DNA of 64,000 nucleotides. Origin: Microthyrium microscopicum (lineage: Eukaryota). The stretch is from assembly GCA_010405405.1 (NCBI GenBank), contig MU004231.1, positions 918,153 through 982,152 on the forward strand. The letters run 5' to 3'. Below are positions 45,546 through 57,446 of the stretch, one piece after another. The notes under the pieces are model-generated. The model made no database searches. It had not been told where the DNA came from and saw nothing but the letters and a program-made list of their open reading frames with translations. How positions within the stretch are numbered: position 1 is the stretch's first letter; each line of letters begins with the position of its first letter. The position numbers and the translations under genes are program-made.

Positions 45546-47670
45546 ATGACCCGCAAACGAGCCGTTTCCTCCAATCTGCCAGAAGCAGGCCTAAACAAGC
45601 GGATCACGCGAAGTGGCCAAAATAGGGCGAGCTACCCTTCCGATGCAAATCGCAATAGATCCCAGCTTCCTACAGAAACACCTACAGCCGCAAGCGAGGG
45701 AAATAGCACGATCGCAAGCTTAGCTACGCCACCATGCACTGGTACGTTAGACACTACCACCAAGAGTCCGCTCCTGGCTACGTGAGCAACTACTATTGCC
45801 CCTAACGCAAACACTACGACTCCGCCGCTGATAACGCAGATACCGCAGATACGCACTGCTACCAACGATGACAGGTAAGCCTATATCGCGGCTGAATTCG
45901 GGAATTTTGGCTCGGTGGTATTCTACCGAGTGCCCAAAGAGCAACATTATCCATGGCAAGGCGGGGACCGGGCCAATCTTATCTAGTGTGCATCTATTGT
46001 GGTCGCAAACACAGATGAAACTGGTGTCTAGGTGAGAAATGAGGGTGTTTTCGATCCAGCGCCAGCATCACTGGACAGCGAAAAAGACGATACTGTTGTC
46101 TTTCGCAATTGCAAGTTGAACATGTACGGGGCAGACAGTCCCTATCACCAGGATCAGCTCGATAATGAGAAGCTTACTAGACTGACCAACAGCTGGGAAT
46201 GGTTCATGCAAACACGCATGAAAGCAGTGATTGCTGCTCTCGCCAAGGACTACCCAAGCGTTCAGACTCTGCGTATCGTCCTTGTGGTTCCGGCTACATG
46301 GCCAGAGCGTATTGTGAAGATATATAAACAGTGCATGTCACAAAAAAGCCTTGGTTGGGACGGCGAGGTCACAACTAGGATTATAGCCGAGCCCTCTGAC
46401 GCACTGTACGGCCGTCGAAGTATTTCTGCATCCATTGATAACCTCACTACTGGCTTGACTCAAAAGGAAGTGGTTGCAACTGTAGATATCGGAGACTCGA
46501 CAATCGTAAGTCATGGCCTCCCTGTTCGCTTGCCCTCAAGGCTAACCTGCAAAGGATATATCATTCAATCAAGCACTGCACGCCAAGTGGATGCATCATT
46601 TCTTGGACGGTTTCGGCCTCATCAACAAACTGTGGCTAGAAGGACTTGTTGGCAAACCCCACGATTGGCTCCATTCCAAACTTGGAGAGAACTTCAAATA
46701 CACACCGGCATCCTACGTGGCGTGTGATTTTGCCAGATTTCACAAATACAAACTGTATGAGGCAGCCAAAGAAGAATGCCTTGACGATCAAGCGGGTTTC
46801 AATATCTTCTTCATCAACGGTACTAAATTACCAATCAAGCACACTAGCAAGCTAGTCACTCTAACAAAAGAGTTCCTATTAAGGCTACTTGAACAAATTA
46901 TGGAGATAATCAAGGTTAATAAGGAGAGGCTGAGAGTTACAGTCAAGGTTTGCATCTATCCAAAGAAAATAGCTACGCGTATACTCACAACTATAATAGC
47001 TTGTGCTCTTCACCGGCGGTGGAGCTAATTACCAGATGTTCCACGAATTGATCAAAGTGAACGACGATTTGGGTGACTCTGAGATTGAGTTGCCTACAGG
47101 AAACCCGCTGCAAGTCTCCAAAATCAGTGCTCTAGTGAATCTACTAACCGCAAAGATAGGCAAGAAGATGTCCCTCTTGGTCTCCAGTGGTTTGCGACCA
47201 CAAGATACACAATGCCACAATGACCCGTCTCATTCGGTGTGCTGCAATATGACGCCGACGAAATCATTGAGGACGACGACTCTGTGCCAAACTACGTGGC
47301 GGTACTGGCGAAAGAAGGGGCCCCTATCGCAAATTTGACGAGTATGCGTTATTTGCTGGAGAGCCCGTCTTGCAGCGACCCAGAAAGCTCGTCTGGTAGC
47401 GACTCGGAAAGCTCGTCTGGCAGCGACCCGGAAAGCTCGTCCAACCAACTAGTCACGATGGTTGCCGGTCTGTATACGGTTCCAATAGACACAGAGCCAT
47501 ACCATGGTGCAAAGCCCCAACATCCGTAGACACTAGCAAAACGATCACATTATAAGCAACTATTCTTGGATCACCTCGTGTGGAATTTCCGGCGAACCCC
47601 ATACCGTGCAGACTACGGAGAGGAGGCTGAAATCTACTGGCTACCAGCTCCTTCTAAAAGTCAAGTAATG
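45546..47670 (+). pseudogene. Degenerate Hsp70/actin-like ATPase-fold gene
   Basis: One frame from ATG 45546 through stops at 45783, 45876, 45984, 46029; motifs YIAAEFGNFGSVVFY, IVLVVPATW, IAEPSDAL, VDIGDSTI|DIS (intron 46506-46554), LFTGGGA; further TAG at 47527; 3' end approximate. Confidence 0.65.
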
Positions 47671-47772
47671 TCAAAGGTACAAATTTGATAGGTGTAGTAG
47701 ATAAACTAATCATTGCGGCATGTCTATCAAAAGCTACATGTCTACCCTACATGAATCCCCAGCGGTACAACA

Positions 47773-48075
47773 CTATAGCTGATAGTTGTAATAACGGTCA
47801 GGCTTTTCTTCGAGTTCCTCCTCATCCTCGTCCTCAGACGAGTCCTCATCCTCGTCCTCATCCTCGTCCTCTGACTCGTCCTCCGAAGAGGATTCGTCCT
47901 CTTCAGAAGAATCAAAATCAGAGTCCTCAAACTCATCATCTCCCTGAGTGTACACCTTCGGTCCGTCTTGTGCGGCCCGATGGTGAGCTGCACGGGTACG
48001 CCTGTCGGTACCTGTCGTACCAGGGGGGGAAATCGCTGCCGCGGTTTCGACCGTAGCCGTGGACGGGGTTGACAC
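47773..48075 (-). CDS. Small Asp/Glu-rich protein
   Basis: ORF dominated by an acidic tract; could be low-complexity sequence only. Confidence 0.35.
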   Translation of the reverse strand: MSTPSTATVETAAAISPPGTTGTDRRTRAAHHRAAQDGPKVYTQGDDEFEDSDFDSSEEDESSSEDESEDEDEDEDEDSSEDEDEEELEEKPDRYYNYQL

Positions 48076-49036
48076 TGGTGGTGTAGCTGCGTCCGAGGCA
48101 TTGGTAGCCTCAATCGGGGGAGGAGCGATTTGCTCGACTAGACTTGTGTAAGCTAAAAGGCTAGAGCGGGTTATTGATTGGTCAAAGACTTGCCTATTTC
48201 TTTCTTCATGGCGCGTGCTGGCAGGCTGGTACTGAATTAACCAAGAAACTTTGTCCGATTTGGTGTAGGAGAATGGTGGAATTCAAAGCTTTGGGACTGA
48301 ACATGGCGAAGATTGACAACTGGTAGGCTTTATAACCTTTATAACCTCAACAGCTCGGCGTGTTAGTGTCGGACGTATTGCTATAGGAACAAAAGCCGTG
48401 CATGAGATTGAGGCTAGACAACAATGAAAGCTGGTTGTTATTGTCATTCCATCTCGTCTCGAGTACTTGTCTCGCCTGTAGCTCACGGACTACCAAACCG
48501 GTTCAGCTAGAACAAATGCCAAGTTGGTGTGCGACAAGCCGTTCCAGAGTGTGGGCTCGTAATAACTCGCCTCCAAAAAGAAAGGTTCCAATCATTTTTA
48601 AGCATGACGAGGGTAATTGAATGGCTTACTTGGGGCAAAAGGCAGTATCATGGGGTTAGGACCAAAGTTAGTTATACCATAAGCTTGTACTATCACAAAG
48701 TGCTTTACAAATAAGTTTTGTAGCATAGAAGGGGAGCAGTACGCCATCTTCAAGTCTAAGCGCTAGATTGGATCGTGTTTAGCACGTGGCACTAACAGGG
48801 TCAGTACTAGCGGCCTATGAGCTTGATTCAACTTCATGTCTTGAATATGATTCTCTTGAATATGATTCTCTTGAATATGATAACTAGAGTCTAGAAATGG
48901 ATAGCGAAAGATTGATATAGGGAGTGAAAATGTGCAAATTCCATTCAATCGTTATCACACCGGGCAAGTTCAGTAAATGTTTTTATTTTCTATCAAGCCA
49001 GACATGATCCTCATTATTCAGCAACCATCCACGCTA

Positions 49037-49742
49037 TTAATCAATTACCACTGGATTGGACGCGCTATCGCCTGGAGTTGAAATAGAAGCAACTCGGGCC
49101 AAGTGTGTATTTGCACAGGAAGAAGTGAGTGCGTTCGCACGGGAACTTGTAGCTATTGCAGTCGCTGGCAGAAGGTAACATCTCGCAAACCATCCATCAT
49201 CAGCGCAGACCTTTGAAATCAAATATATTAGCTCCATGTCTCATTTTGGAAGCTGACCAATACAGAGAACTTACCGCGATATTGCTGGGAAATGGATTAT
49301 GAATTGTTGACATCAGCGCGATAAATAACGACTCGATGTATCTGCGACGTAAATTAATATCTGATGGATACACCGAGAAACGGTGGCTGTCGCGAAACCA
49401 CACCACGTCGGTTCGCGCATTGGGAGGGGGCCGTCTCGGCAAATCGGCAGCCGTGAATTTCAGAAGGTATCGACCATGTTGTCCATAGTAGATGTGGTGG
49501 GCCATGCATGCATAAAGGAAGCGCATAACATCGTCGATATAGGCCCCAATTTCGCCCTTGTTGGAATTGTCAAAGCTGGGAATTGTACTTGTGTCGCCGA
49601 TAAAGAGAGTTTGATCCATGCCCTCGATTCCTTCTTCGGTAATGTCCACCATTCCGCCCCATGGAAGTCGTATCTCGGTGGGAGGGGGCATAGTAGCAGT
49701 TTGAAGTGGTTTGAAATTAGTGACTGTCCACATGTTAGTCAA
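49037..49742 (-). CDS. Orphan protein (intact paralogue of the 8-kb pseudogene)
   Basis: ORFs 49200-49742 and 49037-49237 join via intron 49274-49211 (GTAAGT..GCTAAT..AAAG). Confidence 0.65.
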
Positions 49743-50451
49743 TGAGCCGATTTTGCTGCAAAAAAATGTACTTTACGATCAATATCAGATGGAGATTGAA
49801 GGACCGAGATATTCAAGTCGCGCTACAATTGGCACAGAAGAATCAAGTAAAGGAATTGCCCGTTCTTTTGCAGCGACTTGAAGAGTGTCTATGCAGGCTG
49901 AATGTTGCTGTTAAAGTAGCTTCTCGTACTGTACATTACAACACTTCCTGACGCAGTTAACACCACTACATTGCCAAGACGTTGAAACCTGGAGAGGTTA
50001 AACATGAGCATAAAGATGCAGCATGATAGATTTCTTTCTGGTGCGTGTTGCTAACAAAAACCGCGAGATGGGCTCAAACACTTGGGGACTGAAGAAGACG
50101 CTACAATCTGATTGGCTGTAGCTGATTCTCCGATATTTGGTACGGCGCTAGTCTTCTTTAGTCGCTTTGAGATCTGAGCTGCATGAGTTGAGCTAGCACG
50201 GCTGAAAAGAGACGTCTTCATGTTAACAATCCGAAGCTTAATAATCCCCCAGCTTCAGTATAGCAGCCAATCAATTCTCTGGTACCTACCGCCGCACAAA
50301 ACTTGCGTATCTATTACAAACACCTGGGGTGATCGTGTCCTTGACCGATGAGTACCTTTGATGCCTTGCCATTTTCATCAACTTACAAGCCCTTGATATA
50401 CACCACGATAAGAGGTTTCCTACCTGTTAGCAACAAAAGAAAACACGACCC

Positions 50452-51054
50452 TTGGCTTACCACTTTCTAATGTCGCCGTCTTCCTCTGACAGCAGAGCAT
50501 CATGTCCTTTAATCACGGCCGACTTGATACGAAAATTCCTATCGCTCAAGGTGCTTCCCACAGCCCATCGAGCTCAAATGCACGAGTTGCTGGACCAAAT
50601 CTCTACCGATACAAACACGCGCCCTTTGGCTTCTGTTGACGTCTTGATCCTCAGCCTTACTGAATTCAGCGCCTCTCCGCCAATCGCCGTCCATCTCCTT
50701 ACGATTAGTGACGATCCGCCACGTCAAGCCATCTGTCACATAACAAACCCATTCACCCGGATTCAACTCCCATATTGCCATACCGCTGACGGCGGAAAGT
50801 ATGAAATATACAGTACAACAAATTTGAGAATAGTTCCCACTCAGACAATAATCCCCAAAACAATCGCTCGGCGCCTCTACTCGTCTTGCATTCGACTCTC
50901 TCGCCGTGAGCCACAGGATCCAGGCTGTACTCTTGTTAGTACAAATCATCAAGACCACCACGCGCTCGTCAAGGCCATTGATGAGGCTATCCAACTTGCG
51001 AAAGTTATTCAGGGCGTAACACTCGATAGTACGCTGGGTATTGAACCGCTTTAG
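50452..51054 (+). CDS. Hypothetical protein (~200 aa)
   Basis: Open frame, globular composition, no motif recognised. Confidence 0.45.
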   Translation: MAYHFLMSPSSSDSRASCPLITADLIRKFLSLKVLPTAHRAQMHELLDQISTDTNTRPLASVDVLILSLTEFSASPPIAVHLLTISDDPPRQAICHITNPFTRIQLPYCHTADGGKYEIYSTTNLRIVPTQTIIPKTIARRLYSSCIRLSRREPQDPGCTLVSTNHQDHHALVKAIDEAIQLAKVIQGVTLDSTLGIEPL

Positions 51055-51331
51055 AAGAGACTGATAAACGAGCGCTATAGCAGAACTACAACGAATGCTG
51101 CAGATATCATAAAGAAGAGAACCCTACATATCAAGTAAATAGACAAAGGCGTTAGGAACGTGGGATTGCATATGTGTAGAACTAAATTCAAATGCTAGCA
51201 GAATCTAGAAAGCAGACTCTTCTTTGCAACTTGCTCAACTCGAACATGATGGGATAAAGGGAGCATAATGCACACATGATACAAGAGGATGTAATTGTTT
51301 CGTAACCCAAACTCCATTGCCCGCCAAAGGT

Positions 51332-51601
51332 CTACTGGCAGAGGTAGCTAATTTCCTCGGACGACATTGCTACATGCCATTGTTGGCGCAAGCAATCTTG
51401 CGGATCGAGCCCAAAGCTAGACAATAACTGACACTGAATCCTGATCTGCTGGCGGATCTCTATCAATCTGTCTTGGAGGTAGGCCGCAATGTTCTCAGGT
51501 AGGAGGTCGGGATTGAGGGATCTAAGTTTCCGCCATTCTCTCACGTTCGTAAAGAGATTGCCAATCCAAGATTGAATATGTTCTTCAATGGACACTGGCA
51601 T
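51332..51601 (-). CDS. Small helical hypothetical protein (89 aa)
   Basis: ATG-started ORF with amphipathic helices. Confidence 0.4.
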   Translation of the reverse strand: MPVSIEEHIQSWIGNLFTNVREWRKLRSLNPDLLPENIAAYLQDRLIEIRQQIRIQCQLLSSFGLDPQDCLRQQWHVAMSSEEISYLCQ

Positions 51602-52153
51602 TTTAGACTACGCAGGCGTACTATAAGCTTGGAGCAAGGACAAGCAGCAAGTGCTACTTACTGATGATGTTGATGAATGTAGACGTAATGACTTGGCTGA
51701 TTGTGGTAGCAGATGAATATTCAATAAAGGGAGAGGTTTTCTGAGCACTGGGTAAGCCGTAAGGTTGTCAAGAGACCACAGGTTAACAAAGAACAAACGA
51801 TTTAACTGATTCCAAACTGAAAGTATGAGAATCTTTATAGTCCAGATATTTGCAGTTACTGCTAGTCTTGCTCAATCATCAGGTCCGCCTACTGGGACTA
51901 GCTCTTGTTGCGATATGCATGGTTGTCTTTCATGACGATCTTGGTTTTTTCTAGACATGAACAAAGCAACAAACACGCAAGAGATATTCTAGCAAGACAT
52001 GCTCATTGCCAAGCATTTTCCAAGACATTAACCACAATCCCATGTTTAGCTACAACGGATCTCACATTATATAAACATTCTCGCCTTTTCACAGGAACAA
52101 AAGATCAACTCAACTCAGATCTCAGAGACCTTTACTCCGTACCAAGTTTAGAC

Positions 52154-53659
52154 ATGATTTCCAAGCGCAAAGCTTCCATCGCCAAAGCCAATGGTTCTAA
52201 AAAGACCAAAATCCGCAAACACAGCAAAGCATCCAGTAGCAAGCCCATCGTTCCTCAAAATGATACAAATCTTGGTGCCTCTAGCTCAAATCCGAATCCG
52301 CCTTTACAGCCCTCCTGTCCTACATCTAATCCAGCCGAGGCAACCATTCTTCAAGATAGCCCAGAGCTTAGTGCCTCTAGCTCAAAAGCTAGCCCAACTT
52401 CCCAGACTTGCTCCCCTATATCCGATCCAGTTGGGACCTGTCAGAACTTGCACAATGTACTCCGAGAGTTTCTGCAAGACCCAAGTGTAAGTCTCCAAGC
52501 ATTCGCTGCTACTCTTACTCACCTCTCAAAGTCCATTGCCACGTTTCTGAAATACGACTTACCGGAACTGAATCCCGTCGAGGCCAGCAGCTGGGAGTCG
52601 CTCAAGAAGCATGTTGACAGGTTTATCCCCAGCAAACGCAGCCCGGACAATGCATCGCGCGCAGTCACTGCACCAGGATCAGCCACCGCAAGCCGCAAAC
52701 GTACCTCCACTGCCGCCAAAGCTTCTTCTCCCAACTCCAAGCCCGAGGAACAAGCGAAACTGAATCCCGGAGATATCCTCTGGCATAGGCTATTCAATGT
52801 GCATCAAGTGCACCTGCCTACTTGTCTTTTAGTCCTACTCGACAACGCACAACCAACGATTGATCTAGTGTTCGACTCTAGCGCGCTTGGTAGAAGTGGA
52901 GTTCGACTTCTTGGCTCGACGGCAAATGAGACGGATTTCCTCCGCCAAAGATACGACTTTTCCGTGTCTTCCCAGCAACAAGAAGAAATGTCCCGCCTAC
53001 GTCGACTATTGATGTGCTACTGGTACTTTGAAAGAACCAAAAAGTACACAAACTACGACCCAAGCAAACGACTTAGTCCACTCAACAATCTTGTCGCACT
53101 TCGTATAAGCGGCTTCAAGGATGACGAGACTGTGGATCAGGAGAGTATTTGTAACAATATCCGTGTCTGGCGCAAGGCTGGTCATCGCCTCGAGCTCTTC
53201 CTCAACACCCTCCCTCCCGGTTCCCTTTTTGTCCTATTTCCATTCTTAACAATGGAATTGTTGGTGCAAAAGGCCTCGCAAGTTTCCTCCCTACGTAGCC
53301 TCGCCCTTGACAAGCTCGCCGGACATGTAGGCCTTCAGGAAGTAATCAATCAGCACGGCCTGGATACACTTGAAAGCGAGTGCTTTCTACGACTGAACGG
53401 ACCTCCTCCTACAGCAGATGAGCTGGCGACAGATGAGCTGGCGACAGATGAGCCGGTGATTGACAATTCCATCATCATGACAGGAGATGAGCCCTTGGCT
53501 CTCAACGTCCAAGTAGACGACGATGCCAAAATGAAGAGTGCCGGTGACGAAGTGGGAGACGGTGACAAAGAGCGCGGCGATAGCTATCAGGATCTATTCC
53601 AACAATTGGCCATTAGTAGTGCTAACGACGATGGGAATGCACAAGTAGGAATGGAGTAG
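52154..53659 (+). CDS. Hypothetical protein with basic NLS-like N-terminus (paralogue of 11612-13427)
   Basis: Probable ATG 52154 (MISKRK..KKTKIRK); motif WRKAGHRLELFLNTLPPGSLF; acidic tail. Confidence 0.7.
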   Translation: MISKRKASIAKANGSKKTKIRKHSKASSSKPIVPQNDTNLGASSSNPNPPLQPSCPTSNPAEATILQDSPELSASSSKASPTSQTCSPISDPVGTCQNLHNVLREFLQDPSVSLQAFAATLTHLSKSIATFLKYDLPELNPVEASSWESLKKHVDRFIPSKRSPDNASRAVTAPGSATASRKRTSTAAKASSPNSKPEEQAKLNPGDILWHRLFNVHQVHLPTCLLVLLDNAQPTIDLVFDSSALGRSGVRLLGSTANETDFLRQRYDFSVSSQQQEEMSRLRRLLMCYWYFERTKKYTNYDPSKRLSPLNNLVALRISGFKDDETVDQESICNNIRVWRKAGHRLELFLNTLPPGSLFVLFPFLTMELLVQKASQVSSLRSLALDKLAGHVGLQEVINQHGLDTLESECFLRLNGPPPTADELATDELATDEPVIDNSIIMTGDEPLALNVQVDDDAKMKSAGDEVGDGDKERGDSYQDLFQQLAISSANDDGNAQVGME

Positions 53660-54434
53660 AAAGGAATTCGTGAGTCCAAGTTGATGATCAATGATGGGGA
53701 TAATATGTACAATTTAAACATAGCTTAGCTACAACAGTTTTATACTAGAACGACTAATTAGATCAAGATATTACTACCTTTACCATGCTTAAAATGTTTA
53801 CATGTCACGATAGGAGCTCCAAGGCCAGGGTACCCCTAGCACGTGATTTGGGTGATCTGATGTCACGTCAATGGCTCTGACATCCGAGGACGCCTGACAT
53901 GGTAGTACTGGGTTGGACAGGTCCTATTATACCATATCATTGAATGACAGGTTTAAGAGGCAATGCAACGACAGACCACTTATTATCTTGAGCTCGCTGT
54001 GACAAGACGGAGCAAACCCTTAAAGGGGTAAGAGGGGCTTGCCAACAACAATGAGCCCGAGGAGTACTCTACGGTACTAGTGTTGTACTTGGGTTGCGCG
54101 TTAGATTAAAATGGTAACTCCTTAGACGACGAGGGTGTTCAAGTAAAAAAATATCCTATAATGTTGCGTTCTTTAAGAATACTGCTTGAGTTGGTGTTGG
54201 TTGCAGATGTTTTGACGCACTCAACCTCTTGCTGCTAGGATCCCAGCACGCCCGGTCGCCAAGCCGTTTCTGTCTCATCATCTTCAAGCCCATTCTCGAC
54301 TCGCTAAACCCCCAAAAAACTCTAACACGACATATCGCGAATACAGGACACTCCTATCTCTCATCCCTCCAATCGAAAACTTTCCCCTTCGTCTTTCAAC
54401 CTCCATTCCGCATGTCGGCTCACACAATCACACT

Positions 54435-57146
54435 ATGAGCGATGACATCGCTCCAGGGGCGTTGTTGCAGATTCAACAACAGCAGCCCTCCAAGGACGAG
54501 CTCATAAACCTTGCGCGGAACGCGATCGAATCATCGAGGGAAATAATACGGCATACTGGCGATGGTGGTCTCAATGGTGAACCGCTGCCTCAGCAGCAGC
54601 CGGGGACGACAGTTGATTTATGCCACAAGCGTATTATAACGTTGCCGGATGAAGTAATTGAAATAATTCGAGGGGAGATTGAGCGGTAAGCTTGAACAAC
54701 ATGGGCACGAAGAGCAAGACCAACAAGAGCTGACTTTTTCCTAGACTGGCAATCTCGCATAATAATATAAGCGCATTTCCTTCTCGACTAGAAGAATGCA
54801 AGAGGTTGAGATATCTCAATGGACGACACAATAGGCTCAGGGAAATGCCTAAACCGGTATGTCTGGTCATATCCTCAAGATAGGACAATAGCTAATGAGG
54901 CATAGGTGTTACAACTCCAATCGCTGGAAATTCTAGACCTAAGTCGCAATAAGATTCGCTTCATACCCGACGAAATCAGGAGCATGACATCGCTCAAAGT
55001 CCTCGCCTTGCAACGAAATCGTATCGATCGTCTACCACTTTGTCTGGGAGAAATGTCTGCGCTAAGAATATTGAAAGTCAATGAGAATCCATTGATATTT
55101 CCACCAGTGGAACTTTGCGCGCTGGAAGATGAACAAAGTGGAGTATTAGGCATGGCAGACAGGAATAAGATGGAATTGGCTGTCACGCAGCGCATCAAGA
55201 AATACTTGCAACAACATTCAGGGTCCAGTGCACGAGGCCGATCGAACGTGGCGAATATCGACTCCGATGGGGAGCTGAGTGAAGGAACCGCCGAAACACC
55301 TCGACCCTTCCGCCCAATTGGCACGCGATTTCCAGTGCGACCTAGCATTAGTGGGCTCGATTCTATGCTAATGCCATCGGTTCCTTCCCTTTCAACCTCA
55401 CCAGAACCCCCGCCCATTCCAACTCGATCTCACGAACGGATACGATCAAATCAAACAGTCCAACTTCGCGGCAAAGCGTCGCTGCTGTCACCTCCTGACC
55501 CTTCAATGCCTCTCTCTGCTCAAAGTTCTTTCCACGAATTTGGTAGCGACATCACAGCTAGGAAAAAGCGCCATGGAATTATCACTCCTAGAGGACCGGA
55601 AGGAATGGCGCAACAAATGGCTCTCAGTCCATCAGCTTTGCAGGAGGCTTTCAGTAATATTGGATCTCGCCCTGCTTCGCGGGCCGGCTCGGCCGTTTCA
55701 AGTTCATCATTTACTAATGAAAAGATGATCGATACAACGAGAGTTGTTTACCATGCTGCACTGGATTTGTACAGGCGGATGAATTCGATAAGCAGGTTAC
55801 CCGAAGTGCAGAATCAGCCTACACTGAAAGCGCAAGTGGAATTCGAACTGAAAGCTGCAAACACTCACACCAACGCTCTCACAAACGCTCTAGGACGCTC
55901 GCCGAAAGAATCGAATCAAGGAGTGCCTCAACGCTACTTGATACGGCCGATGATCGATGTTTTGTCCTCAATGGCTTCACTTTCTCGTCTTTTGAGCCAG
56001 ACAGCCTCTATTTACTGCCGGAGTTGCACCCAGGATTCATTTCGCTACACATTTTGGAATTCTCAGCGAGATACCTGGGAGATCTATGTGGCAAACTTTG
56101 GCATGTCCGACGCCATCAAGTCGGTAAATCACTCAAGACAGACCTCAACATCTTCGCAGTATCTGCAACCATTTCAGCCGGAGACTGCTAGGCTGCGTCC
56201 ATCGCCTCTAAGTTACCAAAGTCGCCCTCCCGGTCGCAACGGCTATACTACTTCTCCTACTGGCTCAGCGTACTCTGGAGTCACCTTACCTGCGAATATG
56301 AGTAATGTTTTTTCTCCAACAACTTCTGTTAATACAGTCACATTCTCGCAGGACCCTTCATTTTCCCTCCGCGAGGAAGACTTGAGACAAGAAGTGCAAA
56401 ATGACGGGCTATGGGAAGAAGTCTGTCGCCTCTTACATATATTGTGTGACACTGCTCTGGAAAACCTTCCTAAAGTACTGGCACATTATCGATCGGAACG
56501 ACAGAAACTTCTACGGCAATACGATGCGGATAATGACTTTGTGAAATCACTTGGCTCATTATCAAACCGATGTGCTGGACTGATTGAATTGACGAATGCG
56601 CTGGCGAGAAGGATGGAAGCACTGATACCCAACGATAGAGTCGTACGCCATTCATTGGAATTCTGGTCATACCCTAGAATTGTATTTCTGGTAAGTTTAT
56701 CCACTTAACCATTCTTGAAATAAAACTAATTGATATAGGAATGGCAATGGATTGGTGAGCGTAGTAGACAACTTCCAGTATTATACAACGGCGAGATCAA
56801 ACCTGTGATGAAGCCTATCCACCATATCGTAAAAGCAGCTTCGACGCTAGTACAAGGATCGCCATGGAGGGTGTATCTGGAGAAGTCAAATTATATGAAC
56901 GGCTCGGAAGGACTCCAGGGACGACCGATTCCAGGTGCATTAACGATTCAAGCGCACTCGAGTAATTTTGGATCAGTACCATCCACGCCGTTAAGCGCAG
57001 CTCTGGGGCCCGCTGCTGCTGCGGCAGTGCCCTCTAAAAACGGAATGGGACGTCAAGGAATCAACTTTTTTGATCGGGAGAACCGATATGCGACAGCCTC
57101 CACGCAGCGACAGCCTGACTCGCTCTACGGCAAGCGCGGAATGTAG
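54435..57146 (+). CDS. SOG2: RAM signalling network leucine-rich-repeat protein Sog2
   Basis: N-terminal LRRs; PPIPTRSHER and VPSTPLSAALGPA segments; introns 54686-54744, 54857-54905, 56691-56738. Confidence 0.85.
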
Positions 57147-57446
57147 GGGACAAGAAGGATACTTCCAAATAGGACAATGTGGACAAGATGGAGAGCAATC
57201 TCTTGCAATATCCATGGAATGTAAATAAATATAGCGCCATAGTAAAGGTGCGAGAATACAGACGTCGCAGTCAGACCAAAAGATATTTCGATTGCGTAGG
57301 ATGTGATTGGTTTGGCGGCCCTGCAAGGCTGAACGGGTCAACCTCGGATGCCAAATTCCTCCACCAAAAAGTATCCATGCGACATCGGAAACTTTTGCAT
57401 CGTGAGTTTCAGACCCACGAAAAGCGACGGGCAACAATTTGCAGTC

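Noticed and set aside
44788..45549. 253-aa ORF as a discrete gene
   Set aside because: Patchy composition with probable intron sequence; no motif; structure could not be resolved
45783..46031. Premature stops repaired by A-to-I editing or an alternative genetic code
   Set aside because: All three stop types occur, one relic also has a frameshift, and core genes use standard stops; decay is simpler
48841..48880. 15-bp x ~3 repeat (TTGAATATGATTCTC)
   Set aside because: Short slippage duplication with no supporting context
51332..51601. Paralogy with the last repeat of 19019-19702
   Set aside because: Only a generic amphipathic pattern ending L..(F/L)G.D; too weak to support
1..53700. Firm call as a Starship or endogenous giant virus
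   Set aside because: No tyrosine recombinase captain, DUF3723, capsid, PolB or packaging ATPase recognised in the window; kept as a hypothesis only
54056..54080. Helitron 3' end (hairpin + CTAG)
   Set aside because: Hairpin is imperfect and only 2 nt from CTAG; no Rep-helicase seen
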